Part shown: one piece after another, positions 44,916-58,574 of the stretch | Numbering within the stretch: the first letter of the stretch is position 1 | How the letters are laid out: each line of letters opens with the position of its first letter | Assembly (NCBI GenBank): GCA_002633005.1 | Contig: NMRA01000257.1 | Location: forward strand, 154,731-218,730 | DNA: 64,000 nt | Reading direction: 5' to 3' | Origin: Phoronis australis | Lineage: Eukaryota > Animalia > Phoronida | The notes under the pieces: generated by a model | Told to the model about the DNA's origin: nothing | Database searches by the model: none | The model's input: the letters and a program-made list of their open reading frames with translations, nothing else | Position numbers and translations under genes: made by a program

Positions 44916-47900
44916 CAACGTACTTAGAAGAACGAGCGCGGGTGTATGATACACTCATGTTGGCGAACTTTTCCCCTTTTTTCCTTGGCGAGAGCTGGCG
45001 TTGAATACGGAAGACATAAAAGCATGATGTCCAACTTAAAAGTTGTGTAAGTCCTTCCCAACGAGTCTGCAGCCAAAATATGCATCTACAAAGTTATAGA
45101 AACTACCTGTGTGAAAGTGTATGTTTTCTGTTGACAAGGATTTTTAACTTCAAATCAATGTGCCATTAATAGGGTTACGTGACTATATTTTTAGTAAAGT
45201 TTGGCAAAAAAAGAACTATACATTCTTAGCAAAACAATGGTATCGATAATGTTATAGATGTTCGAGATGAAATCTCAAAAATCGCTTTTCGGTTTTCTAA
45301 AATACCCTTTCGTTTTAGTTTTATGCATCGTTTGGATTTTTCTTACAAATGGCACGAGGTCTACTTTAGATAGCTCCTCACGCAAAAGCGGAAGATCTTG
45401 GGAATAATTCTGAACAGCGCTTTGTAGATAAGTGTACGAAGCATAGTATTGAAAGTTTCAGGTAAACTCGATCATGATTCATTTCTAAAATATGAGGTTG
45501 CGAAGTTAGNGCCGGACAAAAATGTTGGCACCCCCTTGTGATATCCTAGATCCGCCACTGATGATACACTCATGTTGGCGAACTTTTCCCCTTTTTTCCT
45601 TGGCGAGAGCTGGCGTTGAACACGGAAGACATTGGACATTATGCTTAAGTTGTGTAAGTCCTCCCCAACGAGTCTGCAGCCAAAATATTCATCTACAAAG
45701 TTATAGAAATTAACTGTGTGAAAGTGTATATTTTCTGTTGACAAGGATTTTTAACTTCAAATCAATGTGCCATTAATAGGGTTACGTGACTATATTTTTA
45801 GTAAAGTTTGGCAAAAAAGAACCGTTTTTACGATACATTCTTAGCAAAACAATGGTATCGATAATGTTATAGATGTTCGAGATGAAATCTCAAAAATCGC
45901 TTTTCGGTTTTCTAAAATACCCTTTCGTTTTAGTTTTATGCATCGGTTGGATTTTTCTTATAAATGGCACGAGGTCTACTTTAGATAGCTCCTCACGCAA
46001 AAGCGGAAGATCTTGGGAATAATTCTGAACAGCGCTTTGTAGATAAGTGTACGAAGCATAGTATTGAAAGTTTCAGGTAAACTCGATCATGATTCATTTC
46101 TAAAATATGAGGTTGCGAAGTTAGGCAAATTTGCAATTTTTCTAGGGTCCTACATAATCTTGTGAACCAATATTGCTAATGCTATATTATTGGAGTAACC
46201 CCAAAAGTGTTTATAGACCTAATTCACGCCGACAGGAGCTCTGTTAGTGCCATTACAGTGCGGAAATTACCTGACATAATTTTAGTGCTTTTCAGACAAC
46301 TTTTAATTAGGATTTTTTACAATAGGACACAAACTTGCTGAGATTCTGGTATTCATCAAATTTTGCACGATTAATTCCGAGGAAATTTTTTCAGGAGGTA
46401 ACTTTTGTTTACTCACTTTAAATCCAAGCCAGACGGCTCTCCTTAAATGACAATACTGCAATCTATGCTTTGACATTTATTGAACTTACTTACGTTATCA
46501 GTCTCACACATGACTTTTTAAGGCCTTTCGATAGGGGTTACGAAACTTCCTGAGATTCTCGATTGCACAAGGCCACAACCGATTGGGATAAATGATTCCT
46601 TTTCTGCAAAAAATGGGATTCTGAAATACTGTAAAGTGGGGACGTTACCAGTGTGGCATGACGTGTTACAACATATTATCAGCCACTACATGTATGTTGT
46701 TTACTGGAGCTCTGCCTTAAGACGGAATTGAACCCACGGCCACAGCGGTCAGAGGCTAACGCTTTGGTAGTAGTGGTAAAACTTAATGTTGCCGTGTATT
46801 ATAAGCTTAAGTAAAGCCATAGAAAAAAATTCCAAACGTCGAAACGTCATATCCCAAATGGCTGGCCGGATTCATATGAAACTTCCACATATGACATCTA
46901 TACTTTAACGCACACTTGAAGGGCTGCTTCCAAACTATTCTGATAACATGCTTTATGTAAACTGTTCTTCATACACCATCAAAATTAGGAGTTTAATGAT
47001 TTTTATGAACAAATCGAAAATTGGGTGTATGAAACGAAAGCAAAATACTATTTTAGTAAATTGCAACTGCGTTTTTGAGATTTGCTTTTGAACAAACATT
47101 ATTTTATATCTGTCACGGGTTAGCCGTTCACAAATATATAATAAGACCAGCAACTGCAGTTCAATCATATATTGTACTTGTACCAACGATTCATCCACAC
47201 TTGACGAACACCGATAAAAGACAGACTCAAACCACGTGGTCTCCTGAGAACCAGTGTGGGCATTTGCTTATCAAAGACTAGCCAACAAATAGCTTAAAGC
47301 AGACGTCACAATAGTCATCAGAATATGAATAGTGATTCGCGCTAATGGGCGAGAGCCCGTCACACCACATATCAAATGAAATTTGGTCGTGCTGTTGATA
47401 CCATTGCTGTGTTATGGGTGTACTTTTCTCTTACAAAAGTCATTGTCACGTGACCCAGTTAGAGGAAGATTAGTATGCAAACTAAAACCAGTCTTCGGAC
47501 ATTTTACTTTAAAAATAAACTTTTGCACAGCTTATTTATGCCGTTTTCTGGCTTAATGCACAGAGTTGTCGATAAGGCCACTACAAATAAGGTAACCAGT
47601 CTCGATTTCTTTTAAATGTGCGGGAACCGGTGATTTCCAATAAAATCTCAAAAGAACAGATTTTGTTGTTGTTTTTTAGCTCTGGTCAAAGCTAATGACT
47701 TCAAAAAGTCTCTCCTACCAAACAAAAATGCCAAAAAGTGTATTCTTTTGTCTCTAATACTGATTGTGTGAGGGTGTCGGTTGCACCCGACTGGGTAGAG
47801 AAACGTCGTTCTTCAATTTTTCTCGTCAATTATTCAATTATTATTTGTGAAATTTCATTAAACAGCGTATTCGGCATAACTGAAAAATTATGAAAAGGCA

Positions 47901-48724
47901 AAGAAAATCGTTTTGAGCCATTCCTATTTTTTGATTTTCCATTAAGCCCATTTTATTCTTCAAGTTTTCTTAAAAGAAATTCTCTTACTGTTCTCAAAAA
48001 CTTCCTCGGACTAGTTCAGTTCAAGTAAATAATAAAGAATTACAAGAAAATGTGTTATATGTTACTGTTTTCGTGGGCTATTGTTTTTTGAGATTAAGCA
48101 AATACGATATATTCAGTCATAACTTCACTGACTATCACATCAAAAAATTGCCATTATTAACGCTGGCACGTCAGATCATTAGATTTCAAATTGAGTAATC
48201 TCGCAAAAATTGACCAAGAAATGAAACTCATTTGAGCGTATTGCTACTACCCGTTAAAAAGGTGAAATGAGATAAACATGTCCAGCGACGAATTGCAGCA
48301 TTACTAAAAGCTGCTGGAAGTGTTTTCCGTGGTTTTGTCAACCAAATTGGAGCAGTGGCAAGCCTACCCTTAATAACGTCATACTTGACTATTTGTCAAT
48401 TAAAGCAGGCCGAGAGATGACGACCAATGCTATAAGTAAACGAATCCTTGTTATCACTGATAACACACGAAGTGATGTTTGGCGCTGTCCTAGTTTTAAG
48501 CTATGAATCAACACTGTTCGGTTACTTTTTTAGTAGACTAGGACATTGTTTATCAAGAACTATAAACTTCCGAAACTGTCAGAGCATGTTATTTTTAGTG
48601 TTTCTATTTTCTCCGAAAGTCCCTTCCGTTCTCGACAATATTCAGCTAACATTACATGTCACAGTTCAATCTCCAGTTGCAAGTATCCCGGACGTATCTC
48701 ATTGAACTCTGAGGTGGAGTCGGG

Positions 48725-48731
48725 GTATATA
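48725..48731 (+). promoter_or_regulatory. Possible TATA-like box of the Rho-like gene
   Basis: TATATAG about 55 bp upstream of the ATG; motif only, no TSS data. Confidence 0.3.
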
Positions 48732-48783
48732 GTCACAACCTCGCCTCTTCAGACCGGTATACGTGCGCCAGAATTTCTCTGTA

Positions 48784-49362
48784 ATGTACGCAAGCTGCAA
48801 GTGTGTAATTGTGGGTGACAGTACTTGTGGAAAAAGCAGCCTTCTACACGTGTACACCGAGAATGAATTCCCTACTCATTACATACCCAATGTTATCGAA
48901 GATTTTTCGTGTGAGATGGAACTGAACGAAACGCAAGTGGACCTGAGTTTGTGTGCGGTGGCCGGACACGAGGAGTACGACCACATAAGAGTTTTGTCTT
49001 ACCCGAACTCCGATGTTGTCGTGGTGTGTTTCTCGATTGACAACAAGAACAGTTTAGAAAATGTTCTTACCAAGTGGCTGCCAGAAACGCGTTTGCACTG
49101 TCCGACTGTTCCGATTATTTTGGTGGGAAACAAAACTGATTTGAGAAGTCGATGTAACAACAACCAACTACATCTTCTCTCGGAAGATGCTGGATTGACC
49201 ATGTCCAAGAAAATAGGGGCTCGTTGTTATTTGGAGTGCTCAGCAAAGTTGAAAACTGGGATACAAACAGTGTTTGAAACAGCTGTTAAACTTGCAATGA
49301 AAGACAGAGCAAAGACTCACCAAAAGAAAAAGTATACAGAACATAGCTGCAATGTGCTTTAA
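48784..49362 (+). CDS. Atypical Rho-family small GTPase, intronless, 192 aa
   Basis: Single open ORF from ATG 48784: KCVIVGDSTCGKS (G1), YIPNVIEDF (switch I), AVAGHEEYDHIRVLSYP (G3/switch II), NKTD (G4), ECSAK (G5), polybasic tail and CAAX CNVL. Confidence 0.9.
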   Translation: MYASCKCVIVGDSTCGKSSLLHVYTENEFPTHYIPNVIEDFSCEMELNETQVDLSLCAVAGHEEYDHIRVLSYPNSDVVVVCFSIDNKNSLENVLTKWLPETRLHCPTVPIILVGNKTDLRSRCNNNQLHLLSEDAGLTMSKKIGARCYLECSAKLKTGIQTVFETAVKLAMKDRAKTHQKKKYTEHSCNVL

Positions 49363-51463
49363 AGAAAACATCTATTGGCGAGCATCTACGTGGCAGTTGT
49401 CAGTCTTTACAGATTTACTCCCCGTAGACCTGCGACACTATGCGTGTAGGCTGTTTGAATTAATTAATAGTGGCGACCCGACGGACCAAACATTCCGACT
49501 GATGCAGTTACTACACCGGCAATGAAAACTAATGTCAGATCATCAACGACAGCATCTGTTTATTTTTTCTACACTTGACAAAACCACTGATCAATCCTTT
49601 GTTTTCAACTATTAATGTGTATATCTCTTTTTACTGTCATTTGACAATCTTTTTTGCCCGTTGGGCAATTCGCTAAGCCATACTATACAGCGCCATCTGT
49701 ACATGTACTGTTTGTTTAAAGCTCAGATATATCTGAGTTTAAAGGCAGATAGCACTGAGCCCCTCCTTGAGGACTCTAGCGCAAAGGCAGCTTCGTGTAG
49801 GACGAAAATGCCCAGCTCGTGACTGTATTGACTTCCTTATTTGGAAAAATCACGTGCGTGAGTAAACTTGCCCGAGTGGGCATAAAAAGGCATTGTCGTT
49901 ACCTGGTGTACATCAACGTGGAATTGTAAGCAAAAACAATTATTGTGTAAAGGGGACCAATTCTGTGCCCAGCCTTAACTGCTGGGAGAGCCAGTTTTCG
50001 TTGTTAAGTTACTCGACGTCATTAATTTTTCACCATTCATGAGGTAGAATAGACCGGTGCTGTCCAGTCTCAACTAGGAACTAGCTTACATGTTCCCACC
50101 CGGCAGTGTCTCGCGATTACATACAGTGGAGTTGATCGATTTACTGTGCGACCAGTTACCACCGTGAAATAACTAGCAGCCTCTACGACGACACTGCAGC
50201 TGGTATACGTGACTTAGTCTGATTGACGCCATCTAATGTCCTGCAATTTTGTTCCCTAATTTCAACAATCAAATACACATATATTTATGTGGCTTGTTAT
50301 TGTATTCAGAATGCACCGTGAAATGTCAAAATGTGAAAAAGATAAACACAGCAAGACAAAAGTAGGTCGCTGAATGTCAAAAATGGTAATCACCGTAGCA
50401 CTGAAATCTGAGTAATAGTCATATTGCCGCCTCCCAGACTAAATCTAAATTAAGTGCAACTATCAGAGATTTTCGATAAAGCGCTTCAGTGCTTTTTCGA
50501 AATTACAATTTCCGTTCAATGAGTGGTAGTTTCTGTTCTACAACCAGTAAGAACATATTTCCCCTGAACAATTTAATTCCGTTCAAGGCATGCGATTTTC
50601 CAATACGAACGTTTTTTGGAAACTTGATTTTGCTGTTCACTTAACGCAACCTGATCATTTCCGGCAACTGGTCGAAACGTTGTTGAGTGCATGCCAGTTT
50701 GTTACCGTGTTGCACAAGTAAATATATAAGTTTATCAACATAGCATTCATTGCGCTGAAGGGTTTCCGTTGAAAATGTTAGAATTTCAGTGTGACACTAG
50801 GTTACCCCCATTTCTAAAGAGAATGACAGCCGTATGTATGGCAAGCCCTAGATTGTGAAATTGATCATTCGCTGTTGCTGTAAAACTTGTTGCATTTACA
50901 TATAGGCCATGTGCCTGATTTCTTTCGCGATTTTTAGAACAAGGCCAACGATGATAAGGCTAAACAATATCTTGCGTGGTGGGACTAAAACGCAGACACA
51001 CTGGCCACGGGCTAGAAATACGTGCACCAGTACGATTTAGTTCTTAGGCGTAAAACGGTGTTTTTAAGAACTACCAAAATGAGAAAAGTTAATGACAAAC
51101 GTGTTAGAGGGAATACGTTCTAAAAATCACCAGTCACATTTGGTTTCCGAAAAAAAGGTTCGAAAGCGCTTTCTGTTGGGGACGATATATTGGAAATTCC
51201 CGCTACTAGTCACAAAGCACAGGTTTGATCAGATTGTCTCAAAATGTTTGTTGAAATAAATACTTCCATTATCGTGATTAATATTTGTGGAAAGAGAACT
51301 TGTTATAAATTTTGTGTATTCGTTACGTGACCCGGAAAACAGAGAAAAGAAAAAATTACAAAACGAAAATTAATTAAGGAACATCATGCTGATGTTTAAA
51401 GTAGCTGGCTAGAACAGGACGGAAACAGCGTGGGTCGTTTTGAATAAACTTGAGCGGACAACA

Positions 51464-51559
51464 GTCTGATACAACGTGCCCTCACTTTGAGAACCAGTTT
51501 GATGCCCGTTATTTAGTGGGGAAAACTGGTTCTCAAACTTCGGGCACGTTATATCAGAC
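51464..51559. repeat. Inverted repeat / MITE-like hairpin
   Basis: 37-bp arms gtctgatacaacgtgccctcactttgagaaccagttt / aaactggttctcaaacttcgggcacgttatatcagac. Confidence 0.75.
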
Positions 51560-54500
51560 CATTACCCTTGAGCGTAGGTGATTCCCATTTTCGCTGCTGC
51601 TTCATAAAGAATTTTGAGGTTATCTCTGGTTAAATTTCTCGTCCAAGTCATGCAGCAAGCCTGTGCGAAACATAACAGTGTAAAAGCCCAGCTCACTTAC
51701 AAATGAATGAATTATTTAGAAGTGGTGCACCCTTCAAGGTATGAACAACTCGGGTTGTGTTTCGTCTTAATAGAACTGGCTGTAACAGTTCTCCTTTGTT
51801 TGGTCTTCCAAGAGTTCTCGGCCACAACTGAAAATCCAAACCTGACGCTGTGACAAAATGCATTGAGATGGCCCTTTAGCCGCCAAGATTGCATATACAT
51901 GTAACTGATAGAAAAATAAACAAAGAGATGCATCTTTCATCACGGTTCGTTTACATTTTACTAGGTTTGCAATATTAACAAGGTAGTGTGTCGGTTCCTC
52001 ATTGAACCCAACCTATCGACAGCCATACTGAAATCGAAAAATTCCGGATCTATGCGGATACTGAAATCAGGACTCGTTCTGTCTCCCTGCTACAGAGATT
52101 GTGCCGGACGGAGGCCTTTGTGTGCTAAGGAGACAACTGAAGCATCGCTGTATCACAATTTTCAAACGAAATTATCAAGACACTTTTGATTCTATTAGAC
52201 TATAAATATTTAGAAGCAAGCGTAATTAGTAAATTATATATTGATTTAATAGTCTTGGATTTGATAATTAAACAGCAATTTTGTGTTCAACTTCTGCAAT
52301 AACAGTACGAGACTTGGTTGAAAATTAGAAACAAATCTATAATTGCGCTTTTTCAACGAGCTAAGTTGTGGCTGTCAAACTCGTTTGCAACGCGCGTAAG
52401 TTTGACATGTTTACCCCTAGCTTTCTTGAATAATTTTACTGGCTCTAGAAAGAAAGGGCTGAGTGATTTTAAATTGATATATCTTTCCATTCACATTTTT
52501 GGCTTGTTTTTTTAAACTATGTCTACATTTCAACATCAAACATTACCGCGTTTTACACTTTACATCAAGTTCAGTTTCGCGTTACATCATGGTGCTTTTC
52601 AATCCACTAAGCTGGTCTCAAAAATTTTCTTGACACGGTAGTTTTTTTTACAATCTAAACAACTGATTATTTTTGAGTAGGACTGATTTCTTGAAATTAT
52701 TTGGTTTGTTCAGAGCCATAAAGAACAAAATCTGTCGAGTTATTTTCATTTTACGAGCGTTTATCGACTTCCAATTTATGGCTTTCTCTCAGTTCGCTCA
52801 TGGTAGCAGCAGGGTAGAGTTTAACGCAACGATCTAGCCAGGACCTTCCTAGAAAAGCAAGACTTCGCGAGACTACGCGAGTTATTGCCGTGTGTTTATT
52901 ATGAGACAACGTGATTTTGACTAAATTGTTCTCCTGTGTATGTGTGATAACAAAAGGCTCCATTCGTGAAAGTGGGCGAGCCTCACTCACCAAGGCGACC
53001 AGTGAAAAGCTGCAGCGGTAACGGCAACACATTTATAATCTCACTACCCGCGGCCTACTAGACTGGTCAGTTCGTAGTAAATGCTCAGTGCTACACCTAT
53101 ATACTCAGGTTAATCAACCATTATTTGACTTTCCAAGAAAGGGACTCGATGCAATCAGGAACGTTTAATTAATTATTGTCCACTTGTACAAAATCAATAC
53201 CAATAGTGGCTGGAACGAGGCTCCATTTAGTTTTGATACACCTAGCTATATATAGTCAGGTTAGTCAACCATCATTTGACTTTCCGAAAAAGGAGTCAAT
53301 GCAATCAGGAAGTTTAGGTAGGCCTACTGTCGGTTTAAACGTTTGTGGCTTGAACCGGAGGCTTCACTAAGTTTTTGCTATTTTATGAAAACAAAAGTAA
53401 TCTCACCATACTATAGTCAGTGCGTGGCATAACAGTGCAACGAACAATTACGCTGCTGGCAATCAAGCAAACGTCCCCAACTTCCTGACCGTATTGGCAA
53501 CTTTATTTGAAAAGTCACATGAGTTGACTAGCTTGCTGGGAACACGGGCATATGTTAGCGGACGAGTGAGGTTATAAATGCGTTGCCGTTACCCTGGAGG
53601 TATCAACATAGACTTAAAAGTAAAAGACAACTATTGTCATCGGGTAACGGCGTGTTGATTAAAGTTGAATAGTCTTAAGCTAAGACCGGAATTATTTAAA
53701 ACCTTTTGCTTGGGCCTCGTGTATGCTGACAAGTACATGACCTTCAAAGTTTGTAAAGGAAACACTATCATCAGTCGTGTTTAAGTGCTTTCAGTTGAAT
53801 TGCTCAAATTATTACTACGAGAGTTGGGTACTAAGTATTTGGACACCAGTTGCCGATAACTGAAATAGCCTACTGCCCATTCAACACGGATGGTGAAAAC
53901 TCGCGTGTTAACTCATTTTAGCTGCTATTTGTTTGTTCAAGGCTGCATAAAAATAACGTCCCTGCTACGAGACACTTATCAATTACTTGTTAATTTAGAT
54001 ATTTAATTCAGTTTTGGACTTGGATCTGTGATGTACCAATACAAAAACATGCACGACAGGTCATTTCCTTATTTAGAGTCACGAGTTAGAAATAATCTGG
54101 CTCTCACTTCCTTTAGAAGTGCATGACCACTGTCTGTATGATTATGAGGTTTACATCGTAATAGTATGAAAAAAATTGCAAATGTATTTATCATGTTATT
54201 ATGTTTTGAGATTTATTACAGTTTTATTTTGTCATCGAGGACACGCCTGCATGCTGGCCGTCAGAAAGTGGCATTGACTGGAATGTCAGTTAAGGGCAAC
54301 CCTTTGAGAACTTGAGTTGGGCTTCCTGTTGATTTATAAAGTTTACAACGTGAACAAGATAACTCATGCAGCCACATATAAGTTTTAAATTGGGAATTTG
54401 ATTGAGAAGCTGAGCAATTCTGGTTTTGAAATTATACGAGTATTTTTGTTTCAGTATTAGGCCTACTTGTTTCAGTATTAGGTCTACCAGGACACATTTA

Positions 54501-54650
54501 TTACAAATTCTCCGCGATCAAATTTATGTACGCCGTTACGTTAACCATGGCTGCAATTTTCCTTTTCAACATTGATGGACAAGTCATTTAGGCTGTCGTC
54601 TGCGATTCTTGTAACTCTCATGGTGCAAGACGTGTAATCACTGATTCTTG

Positions 54651-54777
54651 CATAGGTGGATTTAGGGGGGCAGGGGGCGGCCNATTTTTCGAGCGCCTGT
54701 GCATACAATCGCGCTTTGCTCAATTTTCCGAGGCAACATGTTGGGTCCCCCCTTATGGTATCCTAGATCCGCCACTG
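54651..54777. mobile_element. MITE with 5-bp TSD (spans an N)
   Basis: cataggtggatttagg ... cctagatccgccactg; TCTTG on both flanks. Confidence 0.75.
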
Positions 54778-56509
54778 TCTTGTTAGAATATGCCAGCCTT
54801 CCAAAGATCAAAAATGAGACAGTGTTGTCTGCATGTGTAATTGCGAGAATCGACCATGGAAGACTTCACACCAGCGAAGCAGCGGATCAAACCAGCTTCC
54901 TTCGCGAGATTATTGTGCTTATGGAACTCGGACCTGGCCAGGCCAATAAGAAAGGAAACTTACAGCTACTTGACACTATGGTCAGAATCGAATGGCCGAC
55001 ATAGTTGCATATCAGCGTTTCAATGCACACAAGCACCAGTGATACCGCACCCTTTAATTTTCCGAATTGGCCGTCACCAGCAATTCTCTAGTAAATTAAG
55101 TCAATGACTGACAGTGCCTGCCTAGTGAGAACCAGAATCACTTAATAATAAAAACCACAAGATACAGCAGGATTGTTCATTTATATTTCATAAGGTAACT
55201 AAGGATTGCGCGCTACAGTTCACTTGTCAGTAAAAATTGTACATCTTGAACCATGATTATTTAATCATTTTCTATCAATAGTAGATTATACTCAAAGTAC
55301 ACCAATCTACAGACACATTACAAAAAACAATACACCACATTTACACAGTTATGTAGAATGTAAATGCATGAACCTGAAACCTATTTATCAAAGTCCTCGT
55401 GAACACCATTATCCTATCAAAAATAGTATTAGCTACCAATTATTTACCTAATAGTAATGCTCACAATAACTTCGCTAGCGTCTCTTAGTAGGCTGGTGTC
55501 CAGATATTAACCTTTATTGTAGGATGCATCAAAGCATGTTTAATAAACTGAATGTTTCAACAGAGGCGTTGGCCTTATCACCCTGTTAACCAGAGCAGAC
55601 TATACTTCAAAACAACAGTGACTTATGTTTTCTGCATAGCATCAGATACTCAAAACATATCTTCATCCTCAGTACTTGACAGGGCAGTAGGTGGAATAAA
55701 TTTGTAATGTACATGTAGTCACACTGATGATAATACAATACACTCAAAAGTACATCAATTTACATTTCAAAGAATAATAAACCATCGACTTAGTTAATAA
55801 AGTTGAACATTGAAGTCATTTGCTTGTAACAGTACTTCCCAAAGTCACATTGTGAGTATGTGTTTATCAGTTGTTGCAAAATATATACCATTATTACACG
55901 ACAGCTCGCGTAATGTACTACGAAGAATAGCAAGTTGTGTGATGCGACACTGAATTTACCGTGAAAGGCCATCAGGTTGCTGTTCTAGGCCTTTAAAACT
56001 CTCATCATTGTACGTTGTATTTTTCATAATAAACATTAAAAAGACTGCTGATCGTTATCCCTTGTTGAATTGTGAGATAGAATGAAGATAGATTGTGTTT
56101 GTGGAAACTGTAGCAAGAGAATAAGACTATTCATTTTCCTGCACAACATCAAATAAACATTGAAATGGCACAATGTGAAATTCATTACACAGAGTTCTAA
56201 TAGAAAAGCTTCGAGACCAACACAGAACACAGAAATTTTACCATCTGCCTCAAGCAAAGAATATATTTTAACCTGAACATAAATAAAATCGTTATTTCCT
56301 ACAGTTATGAGAAGTTGGATTCTCATTTAGTCATTAGTAATGGAGTGCACAAGAGACCTTAGGCCAAACATAATTTGCTAAGACGAGTCAACCTTCTAAG
56401 ACTGAACATATTTAGGAAAATTAGAGTGGTTTTAACATTTCAAAGTGGTGCTAACATCTAGAAGTGGTTCTAACATCTCAAAGTGGTTCTATACAACTAG
56501 TGTGTAATG

Positions 56510-56713
56510 TTATTGTTTTGGGACAATTAAAACTGGAGAGCCCAGGTGATGAAGCACATAGTCGCTCGTACTGCCCATGAACGTGCGGCGCAAGGTGTTC
56601 AAGCCACGACTGGCAACTACCACCAAATCCATCTTATTTTTCATGGCATACTCACAGATGTGTTGACCAACACTGGACGAGCCTTCATTCTCCATCACGT
56701 ACTTGAAGCTATT
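56510..56713 (-). CDS. USP-2 exon 4 (terminal)
   Basis: tttgcag|AAT...TAA; contains SRGLNTLRRTFMGSTSDYVLHH. Confidence 0.92.
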   Translation of the reverse strand, partial: NSFKYVMENEGSSSVGQHICEYAMKNKMDLVVVASRGLNTLRRTFMGSTSDYVLHHLGSPVLIVPKQ

Positions 56714-58542
56714 CTGCAAATATAGAAATTCAAATGAATGTTACATAGGCCACATTAACTATGATGTACGTTGGACAAAACAATTCAGAAAGCACTTCAA
56801 TGTCTCAAGTCTTCAAGCAAGGCTTCACTCTCACCCTCAGTATATGCGCATACTTAGGGCCATGCACCTTCATCCAAAACAATGTTTTGCATTTTGGTAC
56901 ACGCTTCACTTATACTGTTAAAAGTTTGAAAAAATGTAAGTTTGGTGTCATTCTAATGCGGTGAACACTTCGTTACTAAAACACCAAAAATTACAATTTA
57001 AACTAGACATGGCATCTTCCTCCTGGTCATGCTATGCAGAGTTTGAACTACTATAATACCTTTACAACTGGTGGGAAAAGATTTCAATTTACATATGAGG
57101 CGGCACTACACCAAACCCTTTGTAATAGCTACAAAGAAACTTCTATTGATTTATTGAGTGACCAATGAATGTAAAGAAGGAAGAAACTGTTTACCTTTAT
57201 TAAGGTTATGCAGGTGACCTTACAGAAAAGTTGGTATATTTAGCCAAATATCTATAACACTATCACAGGTTTCAAATCTTTTTCCGATAGCACAAAGTCT
57301 AGAATTTGATTTTTGGCTTTTACCAGCCTTTTGTTAATAAGGTCACATGACCATTTCTTTTTACTAAAATGAGGCAAAACGGAAATGTACGTTGATAGCA
57401 AAACAATGGTGTCAACAACAAAAATAAGGTCAAATTGTATTTGATATAAATGTTCGAGGTGAAATCTCAAAAATGCTGTTATAGAATTCAAAAGTAATAT
57501 TCTGTTTCCTTTTTATGCACCTAAAAAGTTTTTTCATGAACAAAAATTCTAGTTTTTGATAGCCCCTCATGAAAAAGTGGAACATTTTGAAAACAATTCT
57601 TATCAGCATTTTGAAGAACAGTGTATAAAGCATATTATCTGAAAGTTTCATTTGGATCCAATCGGCAGTTTCTGAGATATGATGTTCCAAAGTCAGCCAA
57701 ATTTTATACATTTTTCTAGGTTCCTTATGTAACCTTAACAGACAATTATTTGCTAAAAATGAGCAAGCTCAAAGGAAAGACTGCATGGCTGAACATGGAT
57801 CACTCAAACAATATGTCTGTTGCAACTCGTTTGATTCAAGTCACCTCAAAAATTTAAAATAAATGAGACAATCCTCTTATCACTCGGAAACCTAACTTCA
57901 TTCAGTGCAAACTTGACTCACAGCTGGAAGTTTAGCATTCCTCAGCAGGCTCGTGTACTTCTCTTCAATATCAGCCTCTTTCTTGTTATGGCCACTCATA
58001 ATTTTGGCCCACTCTTCATGTGGGACATTGAATGGAGCTATAAGAAATTGTAAATGGATTCAGGTTTGACTCTGCACAACTCAAACATGTGGCCAAAAAG
58101 TGAGACATGAAAGTGCCACATGTCATAAACAAACCCAAAAAGTGACGATTTGAGTCAAGAAGTTGCTTAGTTATTGAATAGGAATATGCACTTAAACCAG
58201 CAGTTTCATAACCACACTGTAATTAATCTCACACCATGGCAAGCTTGCTAGCATGTGTGAATCTTAACAACAACACTAGCTAAAAGCACTCCAATCTGCC
58301 AGTGATCTGTCATTGAATGCTGTCTGTTTTTGGCAAATCAATCCTAGAGCTATTTTTACACGGGGAACAGTTGTTACGGTGTGAGTTGTGACAATGATTT
58401 GCTCCACTTAAGTCGCATTTACACGACATGGTCACAAACTGGATCAGCATATTAAGTAATTTACACAAACACTGTCTGCATATGCTCGCATAAACAATAG
58501 CAAACTTTCAAACCATGTGAAATGTTAGCGGATAACTTGTAC

Positions 58543-58574
<32 letters not shown>

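Noticed and set aside
48763-48783. GTG start extending the Rho ORF
   Set aside because: Eukaryotic gene; ATG at 48784 gives a typical Rho N-terminus.
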